Source: a virus. From it: DNA of 64,000 bases. Position numbers and translations under genes: made by a program. The notes under the pieces are model-generated. The model had not been told where the DNA came from and did not search any database. It was given only the letters and a program-made list of their open reading frames with translations. The stretch lies in IMG/VR virus record IMGVR_UViG_3300045421_000501, positions 50,183-114,182 of that record; one strand, given 5' to 3'. Shown here in pieces: positions 36,074-46,436 of this stretch (its first letter is position 1; the number at the start of each line of letters is the position of its first letter).

Positions 36074-39000
36074 ATGCCATTAAGTAGATTAGAAAATTTT
36101 CTCAAAGATGTTCAAGGAAACGTAATTTATGTTAATCCTTCAGAACTTGATGCTACAGACGATATTAATAATCAAGGAAATTCAAGGACTCGTCCATTTA
36201 AGACAATCCAAAGGGCTTTACTTGAATCTGCAAGATTTTCATATCAGTTAGGAAAAAATAACGATAAGATTGATAAAACAACAATCTTTGTTGCACCTGG
36301 AATTCATTATATTGATAATCGTCCGGGACTTGCCATTGATACTGGAGGAAATTTAACAGATATTAATGGTTCTTCTGCAACAATTGATCAATTGTCTGTA
36401 GGAACTAATTTTGATATTAATGATCCAAATAATGTTCTTTGGAAATTCAATTCAATTCATGGTGGCGTAATTTTACCAAGAGGAACTTCTGTTGTTGGAC
36501 AAGATTTAAGAAAAACAAAAATTCGTCCAAAATATGTTCCCGAACCAGGAAATTCAAATATTCAAAGATCTGCAATTTTTAGAGTAACTGGAACGTGTTG
36601 GTTTTTTGGATTTAGTTTTTTTGATGCAGATCCAAATGATCGAGTTTATCGAGATTATACTACTAGTGTCTATTCTCCTAATTATTCTCACCATAAACTA
36701 ACTTGCTTTGAATATGCAGATGGAGTTAATATAGTTCCTGGAAAAGGAAATACTGATCTTGATATGTATTACCATAAGCTATCTTTAGCTTATGGTGTTA
36801 ATTCTGGTAGAGCACTTCCGGATTATCCTACAAACACTGATTTTGAAGCAGTTGTTGATGAATATCGAATTGTTGGAGCATTGTCTCAAATTGGAGATAT
36901 CTTAATTGAAGACATCTATTCCGGAACAAATCCAACTGATTCTGTTGCAACTTCAATTGTTACTGTTGTTACAAGAACAAATCATAATCTTTCTGTAGGA
37001 ACTCCTATTTTAATTACAGGAGTTGATAATCCGGAATATGACGGAAGTTGGGTAGTCGCACAAGTAACTTCCGAAACAAATTTTACATATCAAAGAGCAA
37101 CATCTCCAACATCTACTGCAACTCCAGATTTGAGTGGAAAAAATCCAAGAGTATTTGTTGAAAGTGATAGTGTATCTTCTGCTTCTCCATATGTTTTCAA
37201 TTGTTCTGTTCGTTCGGTATATGGATTGAATGGAATGTGGGCTGATGGAGATAAGGCAACCGGATTTAAGTCTATGGTTGTCGCGCAATTTACTGGCATT
37301 TCTTTGAATAAAGATGATAATGCATATGTCAAATATAATACAACTACAGGAGTATGGGAGGATCAAACAACTCTTGGATCCTCAATTTCACTTCATACAA
37401 ATAGTCTTGCAAAACATAAGCCGGATTGGCAAAACTTTCACATAAAAGTATCCAATTCTGGATTGATTCAAGCAGTTTCTGTGTTTGCAATTGGATATGC
37501 ACAGCACTTTGTTGCTGAAAATGGTGGAGACATGTCCATCACAAACTCAAACTCTAATTTTGGAGCAAAAGCATTAGAATCTGACAGATTTAGAGGAGAT
37601 GCATTTCTTCGAGATGATTATGGGTATATTACAGATATTGTTCCTCCTCAAAAGAATACGTCAAAAGAAACAAATATTAATTATCTTGCATTGGATGTAA
37701 ATGCGACTGCAGGAGTAGCAACTGATACTAAATTATATCTTTATGGATATAATCAAAAGGATACTGTTCCACCAAGGTCAATATCTGGTTATATTGTTGG
37801 AAATAGAGTAGGAGATAATCTTTATTGTGAAATTAATAATATCGTTTATGAAGCACCAATTTTGATGCCGGTTCCTCAATCAAATCCTAATTTACGAATA
37901 TCCGCAAGAAAGGAATATTTTGTTGGAAGATCTTCTGGAATTAATTCAATTACTGGAAATACTTTTACACTCGAAACTTCACATAGACTTAATAATGGAG
38001 AATCTGTTCGTATTGTTTCTGAGAATGGTAGTATTCCGGATGGCATCGAATATCGAAAAATTTATTATGCAATTACAAATGGATTAAATCCAGATCAAAT
38101 TCAACTTGCAACTACTTTCAATAATGCTCTCTCTGGAGATGAAATTGTAGGTATTAATAATCTTGGTGGAAAAATAAAAATTGTTTCAAATGTTTCTGAC
38201 AAATTACCAGGAGAACCAGGACATCCAATTCAATTTGATGGTACTGGATGGTATATTGGAGTCGGAGTAAGTAATTCTCTTCGATCTGCAATTGCAATAA
38301 ATCAAGCAAAAATTACTCCAAAAACATCAAACACAACAATTCGAAGAACTCCAGACATTAGAACTGATTCGAGAAAAATTTATCGTTTACGTTATGCAAT
38401 TCCTGAAAATGCATTAAATGCAACACCACCAGCAAATGGATATATTTTACAGGAAAGTAGTTCCGAAATTGATGATACGATTTATCAAAATGATTCGACA
38501 AATATAACTTCTGTCACCAATCTAAGAACAAATACAAATATTATTAATGCTTCTTGGAATTCGAATGTTGGTATTATTACTACACAATATCCACATAATC
38601 TAAAAGTTGGAAATTTAGTTTCAATTAAGCGTCTGAAGAGTACAGTCAATGTAATTGGATCAAATAATCTTGGATTCAATGGACTTTTTGATGTACTTAA
38701 AATTGATGATAGTAAAACATTTAGAATTGGACTAAGCACAAATCCTGGATCAATTTCTACAGTTGCATCAAAGGCTCCATATACATTTGAAGATATATCT
38801 GTAGTCGGTTCTGGAAGAACTGACAGTCCTTATTTTTCAAGAAAAGATTTTGGTCCAGCTTTTCAGATATATAATCAGCAGACAATTCAAGAATATAAGT
38901 CAAATATTCAAGATGGAATATATGATTTGGGCATAAATGCATTCATTTATACCCCTGAGGTTTCTCCATTCTCAACATCTCGAAATAGATTTTCTCAAAA

Positions 39001-41554
39001 TTTGGATAATTTTTATCCATCAATTGATCTGGATAATCCGAATGATGATCCCTCATCCGCAACAAGTTATGCTGTTCGAAATATTATCGGTAAAGTAGAA
39101 ACAAATGATAGTAAGTTAAGTGTAACTAGAGAAACACTAAATGAATTTTTTGCACAAACCGGCATTGGTATTGGTATTACTGGAGCTTCTTTTTCTGGAA
39201 CTACTCTTACTCTTGATACGAATGTAGAGCATAATCTAAATTCAATACAAACTTTTACTATAACCAATTCTGGATCTTCAAATGGAAGAAATTCCGGATC
39301 TGCTGAATTTTATTATAATGTAAATTTTACAGGTGGATCCGGAACAGGTGCGACTGCAGATATTACAGTTAATGCTGCAGGACAAATTACATTAATCAAT
39401 TTAATTGATAGAGGATCAGGATATAGGGTAAATGATGTTCTTACACTTAGAAATGTTCCAACATATGGATCTCCAACTTTATGCACAATTCGAGTTAATA
39501 CAATTTATAGTTCGATTGGAGATGCAATTCAAGTTGTTGGTGTCGGAAGTACTTCTTATAATGGAACTTATCGAATTAAAACAATTCCCGGACCAAAACA
39601 AATTTCTTATACCGGATCCGCTTCTGGAGTATCTACCGCAGGAGGATATATTTTTCATGTTGGAATATCGACAAATATTGTAGATATAAAACATGATGCT
39701 CTAAGTGGAATTGCCACTGTTTTATTAAAATCTGATATTGGATTGAGATCTGGAGATCAAATTGTAATTAATGGATGTACAGGATTTTCTACTGTCTATA
39801 ATGGAACTTTCTTTATTGGTGATCGAGTAGGATATGGATCTTCCTTACTTGTAAATATTGGAATTACGACAAATGCCCCCGCATTTACTGGTATTGCCAC
39901 GGCTCATGGAACTGGAATAGGAATTCGATCAAAGGATCGAAGAATTCCAATCTATGGTGGAGTGACTGATAGATTAATTTCTGGAATGACAACAACAACC
40001 ACATCATTATCGTTGTCAAATAATCTAATGTTCCGTCGTGGAGATTTCTTACTCATCGAAAACGAGATTGTAAGAATTACAAATAATGATATTTCACAAT
40101 GTCTTCGTGGTTTATTAGGAACGAATGCGACTCAACATTTAGAAAATACTTCAGTAAGAAAAATTCGTGTACTTCCTGTAGAAAATCGCAGATATTCAAT
40201 TCTTCGTGCTTCCGGTCATACTTTCGAATATCTTGGATTTGGTCCTGGAAATTATTCGACTGCAATGCCATCGAATCAAGATCGTAGACTATCTTTTGAC
40301 GAAGAATTACTTTCTCAATCATTATCTACCAGAGGTGGATTGGTTGTTTATACTGGAATGAATTCAAATGGAGAATTTTTCATTGGTCGTAAGAAATTTG
40401 ATGCAACCACAGGAGAAGAAATTGCACTAACTGAACAAATTGAAACCGTTCAAGAAGAAGTCATAACAACAAATAATAGTGCAGTATATGATGATCTGAC
40501 TGTCAATAATAATCTCTACAGTAAAGGAAATACTGAAGTTGTTGATCTTGCTCTCAAAGGAAATCGTAGTGGAGACATTTCTCAAACGGTATATGTTGGA
40601 ATTCAAAATAATAATGCTTGTCCAACAAGTGCAAATGATAATATTTTGTTCAGAACTACTTTCACTCGGGGTGGATATATTGGTTGGGTAAAAACAAACG
40701 AAGCAAACACAGCAAATCGTTGGAAACGTTGGGGTAAGATTTCCCATGAATGTTCAAGTGATCATTATGTATTTGATAAAATTGGTGTGGGAGTCACTTA
40801 TTGTGCGGATCAGTATTCCCTTCAAGTTGTTGGAGTAAGTACATTTAGTGGAAATCTTTTTATTACTGGAGTAAGTACATTTAGTGGAAATCTTTCTATT
40901 ACTGGATTCACAACTTCTACTGCAGGTGTGAATATCGGTGCAGGAAATACTTATTATGTAAATGGAAATCCTTTATTGCCTGTTGGTATGGTAATGCCAT
41001 TCGCAGGAACAACTGCTCCTGCAGGATATCTATTGTGCTCTGGACAAGCAATTTCAAGAATAACTTATGCAGCTCTGTTCAATTCAATTGGAACGACTTA
41101 TGGTGCAGGAGATGGCACCACAACGTTCAATGTTCCCGATCTTCGAGGTAGAGTTATTGCTGCTCCTGATAATATGGGAGGATCCGCAGCAAATCGATTG
41201 CATGGACGAGTTGCAAACTCTTCACAAACAACGAATTATAATGCACCAGGAGTTGTTGGTGGAGAACAGGATCATGTTCAATCTGTAAATGAACTTGCAC
41301 AACATGCTCACCCAAATAGTGCTAGTTTGAGTAATATGAATCATACTCATAACATACTACTAGGAGATAATGCAAATAGTGGATCCGGAGATTTTGCATT
41401 AGACACCGGAAGTAATAAGATTGTGACTACACAAAATCCTAATAATTGGAATCCAAGTGTAAGTGTAACTATTAATAATAATGGTTCAAGTTTTCCAATG
41501 AACAATGTTCAACCAACAATTGCAATGAATTATATCATTTTTGCGAATGCCTAA
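36074..41554 (+). CDS. Large tail fibre/structural protein with C-terminal tail-collar domain
   Basis: MPLSRLENFLK...PFKTIQRA; C-terminal PVG.VMPFAG..AP.GYL.C.G.A.SR..YA.LF..IGTTYG.GDG.TTFN.PDLRGR. Confidence 0.8.
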   Translation: MPLSRLENFLKDVQGNVIYVNPSELDATDDINNQGNSRTRPFKTIQRALLESARFSYQLGKNNDKIDKTTIFVAPGIHYIDNRPGLAIDTGGNLTDINGSSATIDQLSVGTNFDINDPNNVLWKFNSIHGGVILPRGTSVVGQDLRKTKIRPKYVPEPGNSNIQRSAIFRVTGTCWFFGFSFFDADPNDRVYRDYTTSVYSPNYSHHKLTCFEYADGVNIVPGKGNTDLDMYYHKLSLAYGVNSGRALPDYPTNTDFEAVVDEYRIVGALSQIGDILIEDIYSGTNPTDSVATSIVTVVTRTNHNLSVGTPILITGVDNPEYDGSWVVAQVTSETNFTYQRATSPTSTATPDLSGKNPRVFVESDSVSSASPYVFNCSVRSVYGLNGMWADGDKATGFKSMVVAQFTGISLNKDDNAYVKYNTTTGVWEDQTTLGSSISLHTNSLAKHKPDWQNFHIKVSNSGLIQAVSVFAIGYAQHFVAENGGDMSITNSNSNFGAKALESDRFRGDAFLRDDYGYITDIVPPQKNTSKETNINYLALDVNATAGVATDTKLYLYGYNQKDTVPPRSISGYIVGNRVGDNLYCEINNIVYEAPILMPVPQSNPNLRISARKEYFVGRSSGINSITGNTFTLETSHRLNNGESVRIVSENGSIPDGIEYRKIYYAITNGLNPDQIQLATTFNNALSGDEIVGINNLGGKIKIVSNVSDKLPGEPGHPIQFDGTGWYIGVGVSNSLRSAIAINQAKITPKTSNTTIRRTPDIRTDSRKIYRLRYAIPENALNATPPANGYILQESSSEIDDTIYQNDSTNITSVTNLRTNTNIINASWNSNVGIITTQYPHNLKVGNLVSIKRLKSTVNVIGSNNLGFNGLFDVLKIDDSKTFRIGLSTNPGSISTVASKAPYTFEDISVVGSGRTDSPYFSRKDFGPAFQIYNQQTIQEYKSNIQDGIYDLGINAFIYTPEVSPFSTSRNRFSQNLDNFYPSIDLDNPNDDPSSATSYAVRNIIGKVETNDSKLSVTRETLNEFFAQTGIGIGITGASFSGTTLTLDTNVEHNLNSIQTFTITNSGSSNGRNSGSAEFYYNVNFTGGSGTGATADITVNAAGQITLINLIDRGSGYRVNDVLTLRNVPTYGSPTLCTIRVNTIYSSIGDAIQVVGVGSTSYNGTYRIKTIPGPKQISYTGSASGVSTAGGYIFHVGISTNIVDIKHDALSGIATVLLKSDIGLRSGDQIVINGCTGFSTVYNGTFFIGDRVGYGSSLLVNIGITTNAPAFTGIATAHGTGIGIRSKDRRIPIYGGVTDRLISGMTTTTTSLSLSNNLMFRRGDFLLIENEIVRITNNDISQCLRGLLGTNATQHLENTSVRKIRVLPVENRRYSILRASGHTFEYLGFGPGNYSTAMPSNQDRRLSFDEELLSQSLSTRGGLVVYTGMNSNGEFFIGRKKFDATTGEEIALTEQIETVQEEVITTNNSAVYDDLTVNNNLYSKGNTEVVDLALKGNRSGDISQTVYVGIQNNNACPTSANDNILFRTTFTRGGYIGWVKTNEANTANRWKRWGKISHECSSDHYVFDKIGVGVTYCADQYSLQVVGVSTFSGNLFITGVSTFSGNLSITGFTTSTAGVNIGAGNTYYVNGNPLLPVGMVMPFAGTTAPAGYLLCSGQAISRITYAALFNSIGTTYGAGDGTTTFNVPDLRGRVIAAPDNMGGSAANRLHGRVANSSQTTNYNAPGVVGGEQDHVQSVNELAQHAHPNSASLSNMNHTHNILLGDNANSGSGDFALDTGSNKIVTTQNPNNWNPSVSVTINNNGSSFPMNNVQPTIAMNYIIFANA

Positions 41555-41574
41555 ATACTTAAAAATGTAAATAA

Positions 41575-43605
41575 ATGGCATCAGTAAATAAAAATTTTGC
41601 CGTAGAAAAGGGTCTCGAAGTAGGTTCTCAAGCTCTTTATGTAAATGCAGATACAAATAAAACTGGTGTAGGAAAAACTAATCCTGTATATGTTTTAGAT
41701 GTTTCTGGTACGGCAAATTTTGATGGTGTAATTTCAGCAGGTGCAATTGGTATTGGAAGTACTCAACCAGTAAGAGAAGCAGATTTTCGTGGTACGGTTC
41801 AATTTTATGAAGAAGTATATGATGTAAATAATAGTTCTGGCACACTTGGGCAAGTATTAAAATCAGTCGGAACTGCTGTTTCTTGGACAGATCTTGCAGA
41901 AATTCAAGTCAATGCAGCAGGTACAGACTTTCAAGTTCAATATCGAAAAACTGATGGAAAGTTTGGAGGAGCAAATCAATTATACTATAATGATGTTACA
42001 AATCGTGTAGGTATTGGAACATCATTCCCTGAGTATCTTTTTCAAATTAAAAGACCTAGAGATGATAGTCGTAATGGATTTGTTCAAATTGGTGGAACAT
42101 TTTTAGATGCTGCTGGAACTGTAGGACTTGCAAAATCAGTTTTAAGTACAAATTCAAACGGAGAACTTTCTTGGGTAAGCGTTGCATCCTCAGAATATAA
42201 TGTTATTTTTGTTGCTCAGGATGGAAATGATTCGAATGATGGTAAAAGTACTACATCTGCAAAAAGAACTGTAAAATCTGCATGTGGAATTGCTACTGCA
42301 GGAAATGTAATTCGTATTACTGGAGGAGTATATCCAGAAAATAATCCAATTATTATTCCCAAAAACGTAACAATTGATGGGGACGATTTAAGAAATACTC
42401 AAATTATTCCGAAGAATGTTGGACATGATTTATTTTATGTGGATAATGGCAATTTATTACAAAACATGTCATTTGTTGGTGCGGCAAATACCGGATCGAT
42501 GATTGCATTTAATCCAGCATCAAATACGGGAATAATTACACAATCTCCATACATAAGAAATTGTACTAATTTTGTTCCAAAGAGTATTGGAATGAATATT
42601 AATGGAAATCATGCTGATGGAACTAAATCCATGGTTTGTGATAGTTATACGCAGTATAATCAAGGTGGAATCGGAGTATCAATTACAAATGATGGATATG
42701 CTCAATTAGTTTCTATTTTTACAATTTGCTGTGATCGTGCAATTTCTTGTTATTCTGGTGGATCTTGTGATCTAAACAATTCGAATGCATCTTTTGGCAA
42801 TATTGGATTAATTGCTTCTGGTGTCGGAACAGTTCATTATACAGGAATTCTTACACAAACCGCAGTTTTTGAAGATAATGTAATTACGGTTTCAAATCTT
42901 GGTTCAAAACGACCATTTGCAGGACAAGCACTTTATATTGGCGAATTATTTAATCAAGTTATTCGTGTAAATATAACTTCTCCGGGATCCGGATATACTT
43001 CTGCAAATCCTCCGAGAGTTATAATTGGTTCTCCATCAGGACCAAATGGAATTACTGCAGAAGGAGTTGCTGTTGTAAGTGGATTTGGATCTGTTACTTC
43101 TGTAGATTTAATTTCAAATGGAAATCAATATAGATCTGCACCAAGTATTAGTATTGCTTCTCCACTTTCTGGAATTACGGCAACCGCAACAGCAGAAATT
43201 GGTCCAACATATTTCACTATAAATAGTGCTACAACTCCTACTGCAGGAGTATCCACAATCACTCTGGATCAAAATTTACCATCAAATATTGGTATTGGAT
43301 CCACAATTCCTTTTGCTAAACAATCATTAATTCTTGCATCATCGTATACTTTTGAATATGTTGGATCTGGAGTAACTATTTCAACTGCATTTCCATCCTT
43401 TGGAGGTGTGTCAATTCCCGCAAACATGGTTGTATCTGAAAATGGTGGAAAAGTAGTATATACTTCAACAGATGAAAAGGGAAATTTTAGAATTGGTGAT
43501 GGATTTACAATTAATCAACAAACAGGAACAATTACCGGAGATGCTTTCAATAAAAGCATTCAGGCAACTCTAACACCACTCATTATTGCATTAGGAGCAC
43601 AATAA
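41575..43605 (+). CDS. Tail fibre/structural protein with beta-helix region
   Basis: FV..DG.D.NDG...A.RT, GDDLRNT, SPYIRNC, YTQ.N.GG; paralogous to the N-terminal part of 36074. Confidence 0.7.
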   Translation: MASVNKNFAVEKGLEVGSQALYVNADTNKTGVGKTNPVYVLDVSGTANFDGVISAGAIGIGSTQPVREADFRGTVQFYEEVYDVNNSSGTLGQVLKSVGTAVSWTDLAEIQVNAAGTDFQVQYRKTDGKFGGANQLYYNDVTNRVGIGTSFPEYLFQIKRPRDDSRNGFVQIGGTFLDAAGTVGLAKSVLSTNSNGELSWVSVASSEYNVIFVAQDGNDSNDGKSTTSAKRTVKSACGIATAGNVIRITGGVYPENNPIIIPKNVTIDGDDLRNTQIIPKNVGHDLFYVDNGNLLQNMSFVGAANTGSMIAFNPASNTGIITQSPYIRNCTNFVPKSIGMNINGNHADGTKSMVCDSYTQYNQGGIGVSITNDGYAQLVSIFTICCDRAISCYSGGSCDLNNSNASFGNIGLIASGVGTVHYTGILTQTAVFEDNVITVSNLGSKRPFAGQALYIGELFNQVIRVNITSPGSGYTSANPPRVIIGSPSGPNGITAEGVAVVSGFGSVTSVDLISNGNQYRSAPSISIASPLSGITATATAEIGPTYFTINSATTPTAGVSTITLDQNLPSNIGIGSTIPFAKQSLILASSYTFEYVGSGVTISTAFPSFGGVSIPANMVVSENGGKVVYTSTDEKGNFRIGDGFTINQQTGTITGDAFNKSIQATLTPLIIALGAQ

Positions 43606-43608
43606 AAA

Positions 43609-43947
43609 ATGGCTGCAATTCCATTAAATAAATTTAGAACAATTACACATACTCTTACGACAAGTAGTGTAGGAATTTATACTTGTCCTCCTGGTGTTGC
43701 TTCGCTCATCATATATGGAAATGTTGCAAATGTAGGAACCGGAAGTTCTGTAACTTCATTTACTGTTTTTCACAGTAGAAATCAATCGGATACACAAATT
43801 ATTCAGCTCGGAAGAATACCTTCTCAAGATTCGATGTCATTTATTGATGGAAGATTGGTTCTGGAAACCGGAGACATTTTGAAAATTCAAGGTGATTTGA
43901 ATAATACTATGAAATGTATTATTAGTATACTGGAGAATGCTAAGTAA
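43609..43947 (+). CDS. Small virion structural protein
   Basis: YT.P.G...GRLVLETGD.L...SILE. Confidence 0.6.
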   Translation: MAAIPLNKFRTITHTLTTSSVGIYTCPPGVASLIIYGNVANVGTGSSVTSFTVFHSRNQSDTQIIQLGRIPSQDSMSFIDGRLVLETGDILKIQGDLNNTMKCIISILENAK

Positions 43948-44963
43948 TGGCAAGACTTCTTTCTGGTAGAGTTGGAATCACTAGTTTTTCTGGATTATCT
44001 ACTGATAGATATCAATGGATTGATGCAAGTCAATCAGAACCAAATTTAAATCTTCCTGAAAACAATAATTATGTTTTGTATAGTGATGTTGCAGGAAATC
44101 GTTATTGGGGTCCAGTTTCTCCTAGCGGAACAGTTAATGGAATTACTGTTCAGGATGAAGGAGTTACACCTGTAGGATTTGCAGGATCAATTACAATTGT
44201 AAATTTTGTAGGATCTGCAGTCACTGTATATGAAACAAAACAAACAGTAGGTGGTAGTGAAGTTGGTGTTGCGACTGTAATAATCGGATCACTTCAAAAT
44301 GGTATTACAATTAAAGATGAAGGTGTAGTAATTCCTGCTGGTGGAGTTGGAATTATTACTACAGTTAATTTTGTAGGATCTGCAATTAGTGCGGTTGCAA
44401 CTTCTTCTGGAATTGCAACTGTAACAGTTAATAATCTTGGAATCACTGTTCAGGATGAAGGTGTAGTAATTCCTGCTGGTGGAGTTGGAATTATTACTAC
44501 AGTTAATTTTGTAGGATCTGCAATTAGTGCGGTTGCAACTTCTTCTGGAATTGCAACTGTAACAGTTAATAATCTTGGAATCACTGTTCAGGATGAAGGA
44601 GTCACTCCTGTAGGGTTTGCAAACTCAATTTCAGTTGTAAATTTTGTTGGTGATATTGTTCAGGTTGTTCAAACAACACAAACTATCAATGGAAATACAG
44701 TCGGAGTTGCAACTGTACAGTTCGGAACATTTGAATCTGGAGTTGGCATTGGTAGCTTTATTGAGGATCCAATGTATGATGTTGAATATTTAAATCCAGA
44801 AGTTGGACTTTCAACAAATTTAACCATTGATTCAAGTAATATGCCAAATGCAACAAAATCATGGACTTCATATGAACAATTCAATATAAATCAAAATGTA
44901 ATTTTTACGATTGGTAATGGGAAAACATTTATCGTAGATATTCTAAATTTAGCATCAGTCTAG
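43947..44963 (+). CDS. Fibre-like structural protein with GIT.(Q/K)DEG...NFVG repeats
   Basis: Four ~46-aa units. Confidence 0.65.
   Translation: MARLLSGRVGITSFSGLSTDRYQWIDASQSEPNLNLPENNNYVLYSDVAGNRYWGPVSPSGTVNGITVQDEGVTPVGFAGSITIVNFVGSAVTVYETKQTVGGSEVGVATVIIGSLQNGITIKDEGVVIPAGGVGIITTVNFVGSAISAVATSSGIATVTVNNLGITVQDEGVVIPAGGVGIITTVNFVGSAISAVATSSGIATVTVNNLGITVQDEGVTPVGFANSISVVNFVGDIVQVVQTTQTINGNTVGVATVQFGTFESGVGIGSFIEDPMYDVEYLNPEVGLSTNLTIDSSNMPNATKSWTSYEQFNINQNVIFTIGNGKTFIVDILNLASV
44316..44599 (+). repeat. 138-bp exact tandem duplication
   Basis: GATGAAGG unit starts at 44316, 44454 and 44592. Confidence 0.9.
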
Positions 44964-44965
44964 GT

Positions 44966-44973
44966 TATAAATA
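44966..44973 (+). promoter_or_regulatory. Late promoter
   Basis: TATAAATA. Confidence 0.65.
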
Positions 44974-45004
44974 AAACAAAGAAAAAATTTAAAACAAAAA
45001 TATA

Positions 45005-46402
45005 ATGTCATTACTTCGCGTAAATACGATTCAGAATAGAACTGGAACCGATAAAGTAACTTTTCCTTTTGGAATAGGTGTTACAAACGGAATTCAAGTT
45101 TCTGGAGTAATTACCGCAACATCTTTTGTCGGAAGTGGTATTTCCTTGACAGGAGTTCAGGGGACAATTACTCTTCAGGGTCCAGGGCTTACTAATTTAT
45201 CTGGTATTACAACAATTAATGTTGGTGCAGGATTAACTTATAATCAATTTTCTACTGGAATTGGTAGTATTGGAATTTTACCTCAAAGTACTGTTACTGC
45301 AACAAATGTTACTGCAACAAATGCGAGAATTACCGGAATTGCAACACTAAGTTCAGTAGGACTTACAACAATTAATTCTCTTGGTGGAGGTGAAATTCGA
45401 GCTCAGGGATTGAAATCATTAATTAGACAATCTTTTGAGACTAGAGCAGAATTAACTTCACAACTTGCAGCAGATTATCATGGAGCAATTGCTCATACTC
45501 ATGATGATGCTCAAATTTATCTTGCTAGAGTAAATGGAGTTTGGGATAGATTGGTAAAAGAAAATCATACTGCAGGAATTATTACATCTTCGAATGGATT
45601 TTCTGGAAATTTAGTCGGAAATGTAACTGGAAATGTAACTGGAAATATAACTGGAAATATAACTGGAAATGTAAATTCGACTGGTGTTTCGAATATTGCA
45701 TATTTGCAAGCAACTACAATTAAAGTTGCAACAGCAGCAACAGTAGCTACAGATTTGACAGTAGAAAGAAATCTCAATGTTTCTGGAGGAATTGTTGGAA
45801 ATATTTTTTCAATTAATAATAGCGGCGTTTCGACGATTTCATATCTTCAAGGAACAAATATTAATATTACTGGAATATTGACAGCAGCATCCGTAAACGC
45901 TAGTGGCACAATTACAAATTCCACATTTTCTCAAGTAGCAAATTATGCAGGAATTGCTACGACAGTAACTTTAGTTGCAACAAATACTACAAGTGCAAAT
46001 CACTTTATTACTTTTGTAGATACTGCAACTGGGAATGAAAATGTAAGAACTGATACTGATCTTACATATAATCCAGGAGCAAATTTACTCACTGCTGGAT
46101 GGTTTTCTGGTAGAGTATTGTCTACTCATATTAATAATACCGGAGTATCAACTTTTTCCGGAAATATGACACTTGCTGCAGATATTATACCGGATACAAA
46201 CAACATTAGAAATCTTGGATCTGATACTGTAAGATGGGCAAATATATACGCAAATGACATGCACCTTTCAAATAAAGGTGGATCAAATAGTGTAGATGGA
46301 ACTTGGGGAGATTGGACACTTCAGGAAGGTGAAAATGATATATTCATGCTCAATAATCGAACAGGAAAGAAATTTAAAATTAGCATGACGGAAGTTTCCT
46401 AA
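45005..46402 (+). CDS. Tail fibre protein
   Basis: GNVT repeats, G(I/V)(S/T)T motifs; C-terminal RWANIY..D..LSN.G...DGTWG..T.QEGE...GKKF domain. Confidence 0.7.
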   Translation: MSLLRVNTIQNRTGTDKVTFPFGIGVTNGIQVSGVITATSFVGSGISLTGVQGTITLQGPGLTNLSGITTINVGAGLTYNQFSTGIGSIGILPQSTVTATNVTATNARITGIATLSSVGLTTINSLGGGEIRAQGLKSLIRQSFETRAELTSQLAADYHGAIAHTHDDAQIYLARVNGVWDRLVKENHTAGIITSSNGFSGNLVGNVTGNVTGNITGNITGNVNSTGVSNIAYLQATTIKVATAATVATDLTVERNLNVSGGIVGNIFSINNSGVSTISYLQGTNINITGILTAASVNASGTITNSTFSQVANYAGIATTVTLVATNTTSANHFITFVDTATGNENVRTDTDLTYNPGANLLTAGWFSGRVLSTHINNTGVSTFSGNMTLAADIIPDTNNIRNLGSDTVRWANIYANDMHLSNKGGSNSVDGTWGDWTLQEGENDIFMLNNRTGKKFKISMTEVS

Positions 46403-46436
46403 TAAATAAAAAAGTAAATTGTAATATACAAGTACT

